Of a DNA stretch of 26,052 bases, positions 25,152 to 26,052 are shown one piece after another. Within the stretch, counting starts at the first letter, position 1; every line of letters starts with the position of its first letter. The stretch is from Candidatus Methylomirabilis sp. Lineage in GTDB: Bacteria > Methylomirabilota > Methylomirabilia > Methylomirabilales > Methylomirabilaceae. Below the pieces are notes generated by a model, which saw only the letters and a list, made by a program, of their open reading frames with translations, was not told where the DNA came from and did not search any database. The stretch spans positions 1 through 26,052 of the forward strand of contig JBGQJI010000022.1 of NCBI GenBank assembly GCA_041498975.1. Reading direction: 5' to 3'. Position numbers and translations under genes: made by a program.

Positions 25152-25667
25152 ATGGCGAAGCTGCCGATCTTGATCTATCCATCCCCCCTGATACGAAAGA
25201 AGTCGCTGCCGATCACATCGATCAACGGCGAGCTTCAACGCTTCATCGACGACATGGTGGAAACCATGTATGCCGCCCCCGGCGTGGGGCTCGCCGCTCC
25301 CCAGGTGGGAGCGCTGAAGCAGCTCATCGTCCTGGACCCGCACGATGAGCGCAAACCAAAACGGCCACTGGCCCTCATCAATCCCGAGCTGGTTGCTGCC
25401 GAAGGGCAGGTCATCGAGGAAGAAGGATGTCTCTGCATTCCCGACCTGAGGGAGGGAGTGCCGCGATTCAAGCAGGTGGTGGTGAAGGCGTACGACCGCA
25501 GTGAAAAGGAGATCGTCCTGGAGGCCACCGATCTACTGGCGCGCATCCTCCAGCACGAGATCGACCACCTGAACGGGGTCCTGTTCATCGACCGCCTCAG
25601 CCCGGCAAAGCGGGAACTTCTCAAGCGACGGCTGAAGAAAGCGGCGAAAGAGCAGGATTCAGGGTAG
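25152..25667 (+). CDS. def: Peptide deformylase
   Basis: GVGLAAPQVG, EGCLC (variant of EGCLS) and QHEIDHLNG. Confidence 0.96.
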   Translation: MAKLPILIYPSPLIRKKSLPITSINGELQRFIDDMVETMYAAPGVGLAAPQVGALKQLIVLDPHDERKPKRPLALINPELVAAEGQVIEEEGCLCIPDLREGVPRFKQVVVKAYDRSEKEIVLEATDLLARILQHEIDHLNGVLFIDRLSPAKRELLKRRLKKAAKEQDSG

Positions 25668-25678
25668 AGGGTTTATGC

Positions 25679-25731
25679 GTAGGGGCGCCGCTTGCTGCGC
25701 CCACCTTGGGCAGAGCAAGCCCTGCCCCTAC
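25679..25731. repeat. GTAG-type REP-like palindrome
   Basis: GTAGGGGCG.CGCTTGCTGCGCCC...GGGCAGAGCAAGC.CTGCCCCTAC between convergent genes. Confidence 0.75.
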
Positions 25732-25759
25732 CGCACATCGCACCTCGCACCTCGCACGT
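25732..25759 (-). repeat. Heptamer tandem repeat (CGCACCT)x4 on the plus strand
   Basis: CGCACAT CGCACCT CGCACCT CGCACGT, the reverse complement of the tsaD repeat unit. Confidence 0.75.
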
Positions 25760-25764
25760 AACAT

Positions 25765-26052
25765 CTACATTTTCATCTCCACGCTCGCCTTGGCCTTCAG
25801 GCTCTGGACCCACTCCTTGAATTTGGCGTCCACCTTCTGATCAAAGAGAACGGCGCGAATGTCTTCCTTGACCTGATCGAACGGAAGGATCTGACCAGAC
25901 ACCCGCTCCTCCACTTGGATCAGGTGGAAGCCCGCCGGATTTGTGATGATCCCGCTGATCTGCCCGATCGTCAGGCCAAGGGCCATCTGCTCCAATTCCG
26001 TCGCGAGCTCTCCGCGCTTAATCGTCCAGACCTCGCCGCTGGAGGTGGCAAG
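25765..26052 (-). CDS. Parvulin-type peptidyl-prolyl isomerase (SurA/PrsA-like), 3' part
   Basis: Frame open from the window end: ...KRGELATELEQMALGLTIGQISGIITNPAGFHLIQVEE...PFDQVKEDIRAVL...WVQSLKAKASVE. Confidence 0.85.
   Translation of the reverse strand, partial: LATSSGEVWTIKRGELATELEQMALGLTIGQISGIITNPAGFHLIQVEERVSGQILPFDQVKEDIRAVLFDQKVDAKFKEWVQSLKAKASVEMKM

Noticed and set aside
24763..25761. Inverted 30-bp pair as transposon terminal repeats
   Set aside because: They enclose half of an intact tsaD plus def, with no transposase; better explained as dispersed heptamer repeats.

Overview
GC-rich bacterial window. The gene set and the heptamer/REP-like intergenic repeats suggest an NC10/Methylomirabilota-like or similar environmental lineage, but this is inference only. 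It has five blocks. (1) 1-3495, minus strand: signal-peptide-bearing proteins, including an STN-like protein, two proteins sharing three copies of an unrecognised ~100-aa helical domain, and a HEAT-repeat protein. (2) 3879-11243: a metal/stress block with a P1B-type ATPase preceded by two paralogous membrane proteins, a divergent ZIP transporter, a USP, a 'WEIHP' hypothetical protein and an ArsB-family permease. (3) 11311-15562, minus strand, the most notable feature: a tightly coupled five-gene operon encoding an AAA+ ATPase (degenerate N-terminal plus intact C-terminal AAA module), an E2-like protein, a JAB peptidase, a ThiF/E1 and a ubiquitin-like protein ending in -GEKG. This resembles a PRTRC-type prokaryotic ubiquitin-conjugation cassette that lacks ParB and is led by a Cdc48/Ycf46-like ATPase. 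(4) 15875-19316: a small conserved protein, nfo, a stand-alone Lon-N protein, an IPTL-CTERM protein and an eIF-2B/MtnA-family protein. (5) 19676-26052: housekeeping ftsE-ftsX-envC-ctpA-tsaD-def and a partial parvulin PPIase. No rRNA, tRNA, CRISPR array or transposase was recognised. All family calls come from motif reading by eye; no searches were run.
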